Shown: positions 7,897 through 18,690, counted from the first letter of the stretch. The stretch is DNA of 25,561 bases from Promethearchaeota archaeon (GCA_016926735.1 JAFGOA010000184.1:1-25561); one strand, 5' to 3'. Made by a program: numbers and translations. Notes: generated by a model from the sequence alone, not told the origin.

Positions 7897-10227
7897 TTGA
7901 AATATACCAAACAAATATATAAAGTAAAATCATTAAGAAGGATATTATTAATTGTATTCTTTATTCTTATGCTTATTATTCCACTATATATTGGAGGAAT
8001 TTTAACTAATTCTGTGAATCATAATAAAAATAATTTCTCCATAGATCTACAAGAAAATGGCGAAAATTTGGCACCACATGCAAGCTTTCGAGTCAGTCCA
8101 AATGGAGTAAAAACAGGAGGTATTGTTTCATGTTATGCTCTTACTTCATATGATCTAGATGGTAAAATTACAACATATAATTGGGATTTTGGAGATGGAA
8201 CAACTGGTTCTGGAAGTGAAGTATATCATCAATATTCATTAACGGGTAAATATATTATTACTTTAACTGTAATAGATGATGGAGGATTAACAGATATATA
8301 TTCACAAAGTGTAAGTGTTGATGTTGCAGGTTCACCTGAGCAAGTAGATACAGCCAAATTCAATTGGGAAGATGGTACTACAGAAGGATTTGATTTTAAT
8401 ACATGGAATGTCCCATCAGGAACTTCCGGTTCAGTTGAGAATGATATAAATATAGCTTATTCTGGAACTCATTCATTAAAATGTAATGTAGAGACTGCAA
8501 ATGTTAGTACAGTTGATTTTAGAATAGATTCTACAATACCTCTTATAGAGCCTGGTTCTACGGTTTTATTTAGATATTGGATTCCTTCAGGAACACCAAT
8601 TTCAATAGTTCAGCCATATATAATGCCACACACATCAGATTGGTCTGAAAGTCGATGGTTTAGTGATTGGACACCTATTGATGGTGTTACAACAAATAGT
8701 TGGAATGAAGGATTGATTATACTTTCTGCTGATATAGATCCAACATGGGGTGTTCAAATAGGTATTCAAATTGAAATAGATGGTGCATCATCATTTTCAT
8801 TTAATATTGATTCAATTGATTGGTTTAATCCTTCAATTCCAAAAGCTTCTTTTGAATATTCTGTGATGAGACCTAATCCTGGAGAATTAATTAATTTTGA
8901 TGCTTTAAATTCCTTAGATCAATATTTAGTATCTTCTGATCCTGATGGAATAATAACTAGTTTTGAGTGGGATTTTGGAGATGGAACAATAGATAGTGGA
9001 TCAGTTCAAACTCATTCATATTCTAGTGCAGGTAAATATCCCGTAACATTAACTATTACAGACAACGAGGGAAATATTCATGGTATAACTCGTGTGATCT
9101 GGTGCGGTATAGAAGAACGTCCTTTTGCTCCCACATTACAAATACAAGATGCTCAAATTGTTGATGCTGATGGTAGACCTGTTTCTTTTAAGGGAGTAGC
9201 AATAGTAGACGATCTAACATATACAGAGGCAGATTTTGATTACTTAAAATATGAATGGAAGATGGATGCAATACGACTCCCTCTTATTATAGAAAGATGG
9301 TACTATGCAACAGCAACGGAGAGAGAAAATTACCTTGCAACATATGATAAATATCTACAATGGACATTTGATCGTGGAATGTATGTCTCGTTTGATCCTT
9401 GGCATGAAAGTGGACAAGGAGATGGTGAATTAATACTTTTTAATGATATAAAAGATGCCTTTCATATTGCGGCTCAACGTTATGGACAATGGACACATAT
9501 GATATGGGAAATCGTTAATGAACCTCATAAAGCAGATTGGGCAACATGGGCACCAATGGCAGAAGAATTAATTGATATTGTTAGATCATATAATCCTGCT
9601 TCGACAGCATGTGTCGTTCCGGGAGTTCATTGGGCTCAGGATTTTGATGTAAGAAATCGCCCAATAAATAGACCTAATGTTGGATATTCTGTTCATCCTT
9701 ATCCTCATGTTTATATGGTTGGAGATACATGGACATATGAATCATGGGATCAAGGATTTGGATATATTGTAAATGAAGGTTATGGGCCAATAATCAATAC
9801 TGAATGGTCATATCCTTTATTTGAGGAAGGAAATCGAGAATATGGTGAATTAATTCTATCCTATATGGAAGAAAGAAACATAGGATTCTTAGGGTGGATA
9901 TATGGATCACCTGAAAGCTGGGGATCAATGTCTCGTGATCTTAATGTCCGAGGAGATTGTCAGCAATTATGGTGGGAGTACTTAAATGGTATTTGGTCGC
10001 CTGAATCATCTCCACCTGATTATGAGATTGGAGATGTAAACCATGATCAACAAATTACAATTGTAGATGCATTATTAATATCTCAATACGAAGTTGGTTT
10101 TAATCCTTCTCCATTTTATCCTGAACAAGCAGATGTAAATATGGATGGTATCATCAATATTATCGATGCATTACTTATTGCACAATTTACTGTTGGTCTA
10201 ATTCCTTCTTTACCGCCTCCAACCTGA
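7897..10227 (+). CDS. Secreted/anchored GH5 glycoside hydrolase: PKD - CBM-like - PKD - GH5 - type I dockerin
   Basis: N-terminal TM segment, two PKD motifs (WDFGDGT), GH5 acid/base WEIVNEP and nucleophile NTEW, and duplicated dockerin loops GDVNHDQQITIVDALLI and ADVNMDGIINIIDALLI. Confidence 0.88.
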   Translation: MKYTKQIYKVKSLRRILLIVFFILMLIIPLYIGGILTNSVNHNKNNFSIDLQENGENLAPHASFRVSPNGVKTGGIVSCYALTSYDLDGKITTYNWDFGDGTTGSGSEVYHQYSLTGKYIITLTVIDDGGLTDIYSQSVSVDVAGSPEQVDTAKFNWEDGTTEGFDFNTWNVPSGTSGSVENDINIAYSGTHSLKCNVETANVSTVDFRIDSTIPLIEPGSTVLFRYWIPSGTPISIVQPYIMPHTSDWSESRWFSDWTPIDGVTTNSWNEGLIILSADIDPTWGVQIGIQIEIDGASSFSFNIDSIDWFNPSIPKASFEYSVMRPNPGELINFDALNSLDQYLVSSDPDGIITSFEWDFGDGTIDSGSVQTHSYSSAGKYPVTLTITDNEGNIHGITRVIWCGIEERPFAPTLQIQDAQIVDADGRPVSFKGVAIVDDLTYTEADFDYLKYEWKMDAIRLPLIIERWYYATATERENYLATYDKYLQWTFDRGMYVSFDPWHESGQGDGELILFNDIKDAFHIAAQRYGQWTHMIWEIVNEPHKADWATWAPMAEELIDIVRSYNPASTACVVPGVHWAQDFDVRNRPINRPNVGYSVHPYPHVYMVGDTWTYESWDQGFGYIVNEGYGPIINTEWSYPLFEEGNREYGELILSYMEERNIGFLGWIYGSPESWGSMSRDLNVRGDCQQLWWEYLNGIWSPESSPPDYEIGDVNHDQQITIVDALLISQYEVGFNPSPFYPEQADVNMDGIINIIDALLIAQFTVGLIPSLPPPT

Positions 10228-10851
10228 GATTTATAGTAGTTCTTTAAGGAAAGTCAAAATTTTTAAAAATAGATTTTTTTTTTATTTTTTAATAAACTAT
10301 ATGTTTTTTCAATTAAGGTATAAATTTTATACCCCTTTCAAAGTGAAACATGTGTTAGTTCTTAAATTGATAAAGATTTGATATAGTATTATATTTGGTA
10401 TAAAATTTTTATTTTATAATCAATTCATTTTTTGTATCACATACATGATATCTTTATTTGTATAGTTTAGCGTGAAACACATGGCTCACTTAAAAATTCC
10501 ATTAATTTTCCATTATAATTCTTTGAGATTCTTTTTAATTTCAAATTTTTATATATTAGGGAACATTTTGTAAAAAGAATTATATAATTGAAGATAGAAA
10601 CATTATATATTAATTGATTTTTAATGTTATGCAATTCTTCAAAAATCATCATCTATAGATTGGTGAAAGTAAAACATGAAAATAACTAAAGAATTAGAAT
10701 ATATTATAATTCAATTTATTCTGAATATGTTGAAAATTCTAAACAAATCTTAAAAAAAAAAATAGGAAATATGGTTTGATTTTTTCAATATTAGTTTCAA
10801 TCTTTTTTTTGATTTTAGTACTTATTATTCATTTTTATAGAGAAAAATCAT

Positions 10852-13800
10852 TTAACTAACATAGTACCTGGCTACAAGTAATGCATCTGTTATATTGATA
10901 ATTCCATCACCATTTACATCAGCTACATCAGGATTGAAATTAATTGGTGATAATCCAACATAATATTGAGCAATAAATAATGCATCTCTTATATCAATAG
11001 ATCCATCTGAATTAACATCTCCTCGTCCATCAACAATCACAGGAATAAAAATCGTAGAAATTGCTTCATTTCCATGATCATCCCATGCAATTATGTTAAT
11101 CTCATTAATTAAAACCGGTAGATTGTCAAGATTTATAATAATTTCTTCTCCAGAATTCCATGTAGTACTATACTTGATTAAGCGATCATTATGATAGATC
11201 TCATATCCTTGTCTTGCTCCTTCTGTAGGAGGATCTATATCTTCAAGAATAACAATTAGTTGAGCTGAAGGATTACTATCTACACATTTAGAATCACCTG
11301 AGACGTAAATTTTTGGGGGACTCCAAATAAGACTTAAAATTGACCATGTTTCGGATTTGATTTGATGTATACCATCATCCACAATAACATACCATTTAAA
11401 AACTCCATTATCATCGAATATGAGAGGTTCCAAGTGAATTGATGCTGTCATTCCATTTGGAACATTATATTGTACACCTATAATCTTCCCATTTGATGCA
11501 TTGCAGAAATATACATCCATAGAATCTCCATCTGGATCAGATACATCAACACGTAGAACAGTTTTATTAGATAAAACTATCCCGTTATGTTCTGGAAAAG
11601 GATTTTCAGGCATATTTGGTGGTTTTACTGGAAATCTCCATGTAGGTGATCGTTTTGTATCGATACCATCATCCACAATAACAAACCATTCAAAAGATCC
11701 ATCATCAATGAATATGAGAGGATTTAAGGCAATTGATACTGTTGTTCCATTTAGAACACTATATTTTGCATGTATAATTCTATCATTTGAGGCATTACAG
11801 AAATATACATCCATAGGTTCCCCATCTGGATCAGATACATCGATACTCAAAAAAAGTATATCTATTCCTTCCCAAATAGGTAAAATCTGTTTATATTCTG
11901 CAAGAGGATTTTCAGGTATATTTGGGGGAGATCGTGTTGTAAATGAGTATATAGGTGATCGTGTCTTATTTATCCCATCATCAGCAACAGCATACCACAT
12001 ATATTCTGTTGCATATTCTAAATTTTCCAATTTTACAGATAATATATTTTCTTCTTCACTACTAATCAAGCGACTATATATTAATCTGTCATTTTCAGCA
12101 TTATAGAAAGAACAATTCATCTCATCCTCAACATTAGGGAAGTATATTTCTATAGTGGGATTTATAGAGATTCCACATATCCCATTAGGAGGGGTTAAAA
12201 AAGATGGAGTGAATGGAGGTATATTTATCATATAGGGCTGATCATCCCACCATAAATCATACTCAATATCATATGGACTAACGATTAGAATATAATAGAC
12301 TCCACTTGATAATTGTTGGTAAGAATAATCACTCTTGTATATTTCTCTATGAAGCTCATCATTATACACATTAAAATAAATTTCATCAGATATTGGATTC
12401 ATTGAACCCCTATAGGTTAATTGAATTAATAATAACTCTTCTCCCTCATCAACATATATCTCATACCAATCACTATCCATTGAAACTCCAAATCCATTAA
12501 TATCACTTAACCATTTTCCTTCATATGACGAAATATCATATGCGGAACTGATAATATCATTTTCTTCATAATTATCATCTATATATGGACAACTCAACCA
12601 TTGTAAATTATATAAATTTCCTTTATTTTCACCAACTATTTTAATATAATATCTTCCACTTGTAGGTAAGATATAATTAATATATTCATTGTCAGTTGTT
12701 GAATTGCTCCATGTAATTAATTCAAGAGAGGAATTATATATCTCAATATTGATATCCCCATAATTATGAATAAAATTTAGGTTTACTTCAAGTCGTTCTT
12801 CTCCAGGATAAATGTGGATTTTATACCAATCATCGTCTCCTTGCATTCCCCATCCTGATAAATTATAAGAATTAGGTTGAAGGAATTTTCTTTCATATAA
12901 GGAAAGATCATAAGCATAGGTAGCATGATCATTTTCTTCATATTTATCTTCTGGTATTGGAATATCATCCCACCAAAAATCATATTCAATTGATTCAAGA
13001 TAAGTTCCAGAAATACCAAGATAATGTACTCCACTTTTTGGTGGAAAATATTCGATCTTATCCTTTTTAGTAGATAACAACTGAATTAAACCCTCATCAT
13101 AAAGTTGAATAGAAAGGTCATTTTGGCTGATATATTCTAAATTTAGCTTTAAATACTCTCCTTCATCAATAAAGATTTCAAAAAAATCTGTACCGCCATT
13201 ATTAATACCTGGACCATATATATCACTCAACCATTCTCCCTTACGCATTGAAATATTATATGGTGCACTCAAGCTATTTGGAGAATAATTATCTTCTAAA
13301 TTTCCTAATAAATACTCAATTATATTATTCCCAAGAAAGGTTTCACTATTTAGTGGGGGTATTACTGCAGTAAAATTAAATAATCTTAGCTCTGTTGGTA
13401 TCCAAGTGAAATTTATTGTTTTTTTCTCATTTACTTGAAGATCTGTATTTATTAAAGAATTTACTATCATATTATCATAATATAAAAAGAAATTCACATT
13501 GGATTCACTAAAGATACCCTTATTCATTATAGTTGCATTAATAATATACGAATTATATAATCTGCAATTTTTTGGGATTTCCATAGAAACAGACAAATCG
13601 TGATCTAATTCTACAAAAGAAATATTTGCTAAACCCTCTCCTAAAATTGCTTTTGCTATTAAATAATAGATTCCAGACTCACTTGGAGTAAAATTAATTA
13701 ATTCATTTTTTCCTAAGGTTGGAGATATACTTAATGCTTCCATAATTGGTTCTCCTATAGAGGAAGGAGAAGATCGATAGAGATGAAGATCAAAATCTGC

Positions 13801-15954
13801 TCCTGTAGGAACGTCTAATTGAATATAATACTTTTGACCTTGTGTAAGATTTACATAAGCTCCTAAGGCATGTTTTCCATAAGGATTTATCACACTTGAT
13901 GATAAATCAGCAGCTATGTAAGAATTATCACTTAATTCTTGAGTTACGGCTTCTATTGCTGTATCAATATTTATCCTTCCATACCCTTCATGTAGATCTT
14001 TTCCACCTCTTTCTAACGTTGGAGAAAAAGAATTAGAAATTTCTCTTTTATTAGGGTATGTTTCTGTTGCTGACATTAAAATTAATGCTTTTACTTGTTT
14101 TGCTTGGTCTCCAGTATATTCCCAATTTTGATGACCTCCCATCGCTTCAATTAAAAGATTTGTAGCTCCAGCCACTGCCGGACAAGCCATAGAAGTACCT
14201 TGAGCACCATATAGATCATTAGAATATTTATCTGTATCATAAATTCCACTCCCATCATTATCATTTGTATCAGCTGAAAACATTTGTAAATTATAAAAAC
14301 TACCCCCTGGTGCCGTAATATCTGGTTTTGTTGTACTCTGAGTAAAGGAGTGCCCTCCTTGACTGCTATATGATGCTATATTATCACTTAAACTCATTGC
14401 AGCAACAGTAATTACATTATCAGCATCTCCAGGACTGCCTATGTTATTTGATCCTGGTCCATAATTTCCTGCACTAACTACAGTGACAATACCATTTTCA
14501 ACAGCATTATTCACGGCATTAATTAAATTTGTTTCACCTGGTTCTCCTCCTAAACTCATTGAAATCGTGGTAATATTATAGCGTTCTTTATTTTCAATAA
14601 CCCATTCAACTCCATCAACTATGTTTATATAATCTAAGGCAATTTTAACTCCAACTAGGCGAGCTTGGGGTGCAACACCTCTCCATAGGTTTTTATTATC
14701 ATTATTTAGAGAGGAATCAAATGGCCAATGTATCTCATATCTTGATCTCATTCTAAAGTGAGAGATAATATCATCTCCATCATTATCTATCTTATCTACG
14801 AAAATAATCAATTGATAATAACCAAGATTATCACTATTAACTGTATATGATAAAACATCATTCCATAGAGGAGAATCATTAGTATATGATGTAACAACCA
14901 TATCATTATATAGAAGAATTACTGTGAGTTGACATTCATCAAGAGATGAAGTTAAATCTTCAAATTCACAATAAATTTCAATTGTTCCTACTTTAGAGAC
15001 ATTAAATCTACAAATTCTAAATCCCATCTCTTCAGGACTACTATTTCCCTCATCATCATGAAGATCGAATGTTTGTGTAGAAACTGCTCGATTTAATTGA
15101 TCCAATGCAATTTCTCCATTACCTGCTGCAATTCCTGCACAATGAGTACCATGTCCAACATTATCATATGGAGATAATTGCCCGTTAACACCATCCCACC
15201 ATCCAACTATTTTATGATCAAATGATTGATCCTTATATCCAGGTGTAAAGAAACTATGGGTTGCATCAATACCGCTATCTATAATAGCAATTGAACTAGA
15301 ATTATCTCCTTCATAACCTAGTGTATTCCATACATACGGTCTAAGATTCATAGATCTTGATGTATAATATAAATGTGTATTTACTGGTTTATTTTCTTCC
15401 AGAAAAAATGGAATATCATATTCATTAAGTAATTCATAAAACATTCTAAGACCATTATGGTTTATTGAACCCCCAAAACCAATAATTGCAGAATCATAAA
15501 TTGAATTGATGGTTCCATTTAACCATTTAAATAAATCAATTGTCTCTAAATAATCTATTTTAGGAAATTGGATGATTATAGAAATATTGCTTCTTTCAAT
15601 CGTGTAATTCTCTTTGGTAGTATCTTCTATTAACATTGTATTAATTCTAGAATCTAATGGAAACTCATAAGATTTATGATTATTAAGAAGTTCTAGCTTA
15701 GGTTCAAAATCATCATTTATATTATTTTCATTCAAATCAGCATTACCAATTAATGATCGCCATTTATTAAGATCGAGTTGATCTATTGGGTCTAAATTCA
15801 TTAACAATTTAACATTATCCTCTTTATTAGGATTTATTGGGAATTCTCCTATATCCGTAGAATTATTTGATATCTTAATAATATTAAATATCGACGGAGT
15901 AACAAAGATAAATACAAGAATAAACAAAATTGATTTTTTTCTTAATTTTTCCAT
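10852..15954 (-). CDS. Large secreted S8 (subtilisin-like) serine protease with PPC/CARDB/Ig-like repeats and C-terminal dockerin
   Basis: Catalytic triad motifs IIDSGID, GHGTHCAG and GTSMACP, oxyanion SAGN, internal repeats, and dockerin loops GDVNSDGSIDIRDALFI and ADVNGDGIINITDALLV. Confidence 0.92.
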   Translation of the reverse strand: MEKLRKKSILFILVFIFVTPSIFNIIKISNNSTDIGEFPINPNKEDNVKLLMNLDPIDQLDLNKWRSLIGNADLNENNINDDFEPKLELLNNHKSYEFPLDSRINTMLIEDTTKENYTIERSNISIIIQFPKIDYLETIDLFKWLNGTINSIYDSAIIGFGGSINHNGLRMFYELLNEYDIPFFLEENKPVNTHLYYTSRSMNLRPYVWNTLGYEGDNSSSIAIIDSGIDATHSFFTPGYKDQSFDHKIVGWWDGVNGQLSPYDNVGHGTHCAGIAAGNGEIALDQLNRAVSTQTFDLHDDEGNSSPEEMGFRICRFNVSKVGTIEIYCEFEDLTSSLDECQLTVILLYNDMVVTSYTNDSPLWNDVLSYTVNSDNLGYYQLIIFVDKIDNDGDDIISHFRMRSRYEIHWPFDSSLNNDNKNLWRGVAPQARLVGVKIALDYINIVDGVEWVIENKERYNITTISMSLGGEPGETNLINAVNNAVENGIVTVVSAGNYGPGSNNIGSPGDADNVITVAAMSLSDNIASYSSQGGHSFTQSTTKPDITAPGGSFYNLQMFSADTNDNDGSGIYDTDKYSNDLYGAQGTSMACPAVAGATNLLIEAMGGHQNWEYTGDQAKQVKALILMSATETYPNKREISNSFSPTLERGGKDLHEGYGRINIDTAIEAVTQELSDNSYIAADLSSSVINPYGKHALGAYVNLTQGQKYYIQLDVPTGADFDLHLYRSSPSSIGEPIMEALSISPTLGKNELINFTPSESGIYYLIAKAILGEGLANISFVELDHDLSVSMEIPKNCRLYNSYIINATIMNKGIFSESNVNFFLYYDNMIVNSLINTDLQVNEKKTINFTWIPTELRLFNFTAVIPPLNSETFLGNNIIEYLLGNLEDNYSPNSLSAPYNISMRKGEWLSDIYGPGINNGGTDFFEIFIDEGEYLKLNLEYISQNDLSIQLYDEGLIQLLSTKKDKIEYFPPKSGVHYLGISGTYLESIEYDFWWDDIPIPEDKYEENDHATYAYDLSLYERKFLQPNSYNLSGWGMQGDDDWYKIHIYPGEERLEVNLNFIHNYGDINIEIYNSSLELITWSNSTTDNEYINYILPTSGRYYIKIVGENKGNLYNLQWLSCPYIDDNYEENDIISSAYDISSYEGKWLSDINGFGVSMDSDWYEIYVDEGEELLLIQLTYRGSMNPISDEIYFNVYNDELHREIYKSDYSYQQLSSGVYYILIVSPYDIEYDLWWDDQPYMINIPPFTPSFLTPPNGICGISINPTIEIYFPNVEDEMNCSFYNAENDRLIYSRLISSEEENILSVKLENLEYATEYMWYAVADDGINKTRSPIYSFTTRSPPNIPENPLAEYKQILPIWEGIDILFLSIDVSDPDGEPMDVYFCNASNDRIIHAKYSVLNGTTVSIALNPLIFIDDGSFEWFVIVDDGIDTKRSPTWRFPVKPPNMPENPFPEHNGIVLSNKTVLRVDVSDPDGDSMDVYFCNASNGKIIGVQYNVPNGMTASIHLEPLIFDDNGVFKWYVIVDDGIHQIKSETWSILSLIWSPPKIYVSGDSKCVDSNPSAQLIVILEDIDPPTEGARQGYEIYHNDRLIKYSTTWNSGEEIIINLDNLPVLINEINIIAWDDHGNEAISTIFIPVIVDGRGDVNSDGSIDIRDALFIAQYYVGLSPINFNPDVADVNGDGIINITDALLVARYYVS

Positions 15955-16042
15955 TGGGTTTCCTTATTTTTATTGATTTTGATTTATTTTATTTCTATTA
16001 AATGTAAAAATAACATTGTTATATGAAGGAATTTTATGAGTA

Positions 16043-16076
16043 TATAAAGGTTTAAGGTGTACTTTTCGAACTATTT
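16043..16076 (-). promoter_or_regulatory. Shared 34-bp promoter/operator motif P, copy 1 (upstream of S8 protease)
   Basis: Plus strand tataaaggtttaaggtgtacttttcgaactattt. The minus strand ends in TATA-like TTTATA. Confidence 0.7.
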
Positions 16077-16370
16077 TTGACTATTTTTGGATTGGTTAAA
16101 GTAAATTATTACTTAATTGATATAACCAATCTGTTTTATATCACATGAATAGTGCTCGGAATAAATTAATTATTTTTCTGCAATATTTTTAAATTTCATC
16201 CTATATCACACAGAAACATGTGATTCAGTAATTAATTTGATGAAAATTAGATGAAAAATATAATAAATCTCATTATAAAGTAGATAAATATTATTAATTT
16301 TTTCAATTAATTCAATTTAGGTATCATGCAGAGGATATTTAAGTATATATGAATCTTCATAAAACACATG

Positions 16371-16409
16371 TTTCACGATCTTTATTCATGAAAGGGTCAT
16401 GAAGTGAAA
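16371..16409 (-). repeat. 39-bp inter-gene repeat, copy R7 (inverted; core CCCTT)
   Basis: tttcacgatctttattcatgaaagggtcatgaagtgaaa. Confidence 0.97.
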
Positions 16410-16571
16410 AAAAAATAATATAATTTTTAATTATAATTTTAGTTTTTGTTTAAATTTGGTCCTGATCCCTTTATAAATAAAAGAATTTGTCTAAAATTAG
16501 TCCTGATCTGATTTAAATAATTCAATATCTTAAAAACTATCATAATAAAAACACATAAGAATAAAATAAAA

Positions 16572-17225
16572 ATGAAATTAAATAAAAAATCCATAAAACA
16601 CAAGAGAAAATTACAAATCACATTTGTAGTTATAACTCTCTTGATACCCTCATTAGCTTTTGTATTTACACACCCCAATCTTAATACATTAAATAATAAT
16701 GAAAAACTATTAGATTTAAAAACATCTGCAAATTCAGAATCAGGATATTCCGTGGCTATTAAACAGTATCCTTTATCTGGATTATTTCTAGTTGCTCGAG
16801 TGATATGGATAAATTTAGATCCATTTGCGGCCACTGTCTTTACTGAAGCTACAGAACTCGCAATAGGTGCTATAGTAGAGAAAATTTGTGAAGTAGCTGT
16901 GATAGCAATATTTGCTGCTGCAGGGATTTCTATTCCTGCATCAGTGTTATATATACCCTTACTTCTAATAAGTTTAGCTCTTGCAGTTGCTCTAGCTTTT
17001 TTTTGGAATGCACATATGAATGCGAGAGGCGGAGATATTAAATTCGGAATTGGAGTACAAACATTCATAATTCCGACGTTATATTTTTATTTAGATAACT
17101 CTCGTGACTCTGTGGATAACTATGATCTAATGATCCCTTATATGGACACTATTCTCTATCCTAATGCAGTATTATTATCAAATTTTATCGGATACTTACC
17201 AACAAATACTTGGATAGGAGTGTAA
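16572..17225 (+). CDS. Hypothetical secreted/membrane protein with long hydrophobic Ala/Ile-rich core
   Basis: 217-aa ORF with a basic plus hydrophobic N-terminus, TATA-like TTTATAAATA upstream and a hairpin/T-tract downstream. Confidence 0.7.
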   Translation: MKLNKKSIKHKRKLQITFVVITLLIPSLAFVFTHPNLNTLNNNEKLLDLKTSANSESGYSVAIKQYPLSGLFLVARVIWINLDPFAATVFTEATELAIGAIVEKICEVAVIAIFAAAGISIPASVLYIPLLLISLALAVALAFFWNAHMNARGGDIKFGIGVQTFIIPTLYFYLDNSRDSVDNYDLMIPYMDTILYPNAVLLSNFIGYLPTNTWIGV

Positions 17226-17258
17226 TTATCTGGATGGGAAAGTCATTACCTAAATAAA

Positions 17259-17315
17259 ATTCTCTATCCATTAAATTACTATTAAAAAATATATGGATAG
17301 GGAATACTTTTTTTT
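17259..17315 (+). terminator. Hairpin plus T-tract, putative terminator
   Basis: attctctatccat...atggatagggaat (13-bp stem, one G.U) followed by a T run. Confidence 0.45.
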
Positions 17316-17444
17316 CTTTTATTTATTGATTCGATTTTGATTTTTATCTGTATTATTTTAATTATAGACTGTCGATTATTAAATATTGAAAGAAACTAAT
17401 CTTTCTCAGAAGTTATTATAGTTCTAACTAAAATTAGAATCTAT

Positions 17445-17483
17445 TTTCACGATCTTTATTCATGACATCTTCATGAAGTGAAA
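17445..17483 (-). repeat. 39-bp inter-gene repeat, copy R8 (core AGATG)
   Basis: tttcacgatctttattcatgacatcttcatgaagtgaaa, the exact reverse complement of R1. Confidence 0.97.
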
Positions 17484-17679
17484 GAGAATTATAAAATAAT
17501 TAAAATATATAAAAAAAAAGATACTATTACTAAAGGTTTTAAACCTTTTCTAAAACATATGTTCTATAAATTAAATTCTCAGATTATTGTAAGATTTTAT
17601 GTTATTCCAAAAGAAAATATCAAAAATAAAAAAAAAAAAATCTTTTTTCTAATTCTAAGCTAATCTCAAATATATTTAA

Positions 17680-18639
17680 TTATTCAAAAATAACTAATAT
17701 GAAAGAATCTTGGTAAATTAATTCATTTTGCAGACTATAAATTCTAATTTCAACATTAAAGAGACCACTTAATGTTAGTGGAAATGTTAAAACAATTAGA
17801 GAATTACATTTTTTCCTTATTATCATATTATGATTAAGATCTAATTCGTAATATCCTTCAAATTCTGTAGGGTTAAGAATATTCCATGCTATAAGTCCTA
17901 CGTTTTGGTTACTATTAAAAAGAATGAATTTTTTCTCAAACCAATTAATCTCTTTTCCTGTTGTGATTTTATTGATTATTATATCAGAAGACATTTTAAG
18001 TTGAAAAGTCATTATTTTCTCATCATCAACAAATTGATAAAAACTAAATTCTTTCATTATACCTATCTCTTGATCAAACCTAATCTCAAAATATCCATCT
18101 ATAATCAAATCATCATCTTCATTTGTGATAAAATTTGCTAACACTAGACCAAATTCATTCTCCAATGGACTAAGGAATAGTGGGCCAAATCCAAAAGCCA
18201 TATTATACATTACTTCTTCTATATATTTATTTATTGGAATTGAAGCATTGATAGGTATAGGACATAATAATATTGGGGGTCTGGAGTCCCAATCAGGATT
18301 TTTACGCAAATCGGTTGTTATACTCTTATTTATGAAAAAATTTCCACTCCATTCAAAATCCCATTTATAATCTATTTCTTGAATTTTTTCAAGTGTAATT
18401 TTATATATTCTTCCTTTTAAAAAGTTTTCCCTCATTATACGAAAATCACCCCACATTGTATTTTCCTGTAATGATCCATTTATAGTATTGGTTGTGACTT
18501 CATAGTAAAATGTGTCTCCTTCTTTGATTCCAAGATAATATTCAGTATCAGAAGCACCTAGACTCATTGTAGGAAAACTAGAAATTGCGATCACTAATAT
18601 CATTAACCCTACAAATGCAATTTTATTATTTTTTTTCAT
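17680..18639 (-). CDS. Hypothetical secreted protein
   Basis: 319-aa ORF with a signal-peptide-like N-terminus followed by YLGIKEGDTFYYEV. Preceded by motif P. Confidence 0.75.
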   Translation of the reverse strand: MKKNNKIAFVGLMILVIAISSFPTMSLGASDTEYYLGIKEGDTFYYEVTTNTINGSLQENTMWGDFRIMRENFLKGRIYKITLEKIQEIDYKWDFEWSGNFFINKSITTDLRKNPDWDSRPPILLCPIPINASIPINKYIEEVMYNMAFGFGPLFLSPLENEFGLVLANFITNEDDDLIIDGYFEIRFDQEIGIMKEFSFYQFVDDEKIMTFQLKMSSDIIINKITTGKEINWFEKKFILFNSNQNVGLIAWNILNPTEFEGYYELDLNHNMIIRKKCNSLIVLTFPLTLSGLFNVEIRIYSLQNELIYQDSFILVIFE

Positions 18640-18690
18640 ATTTTATTTCATTTTAAAGTTATTTAATTAATTTTGATTTTATTTGATATT

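Noticed and set aside
11501-12106. 201-aa plus-strand ORF (and 12783..13034)
   Set aside because: Antisense or alternate-frame shadow of the S8 protease repeats, with no independent motifs.
16439-17068. 209-aa minus-strand ORF
   Set aside because: Antisense to 16572..17225, which has the signal-like N-terminus, TATA-like box and terminator.
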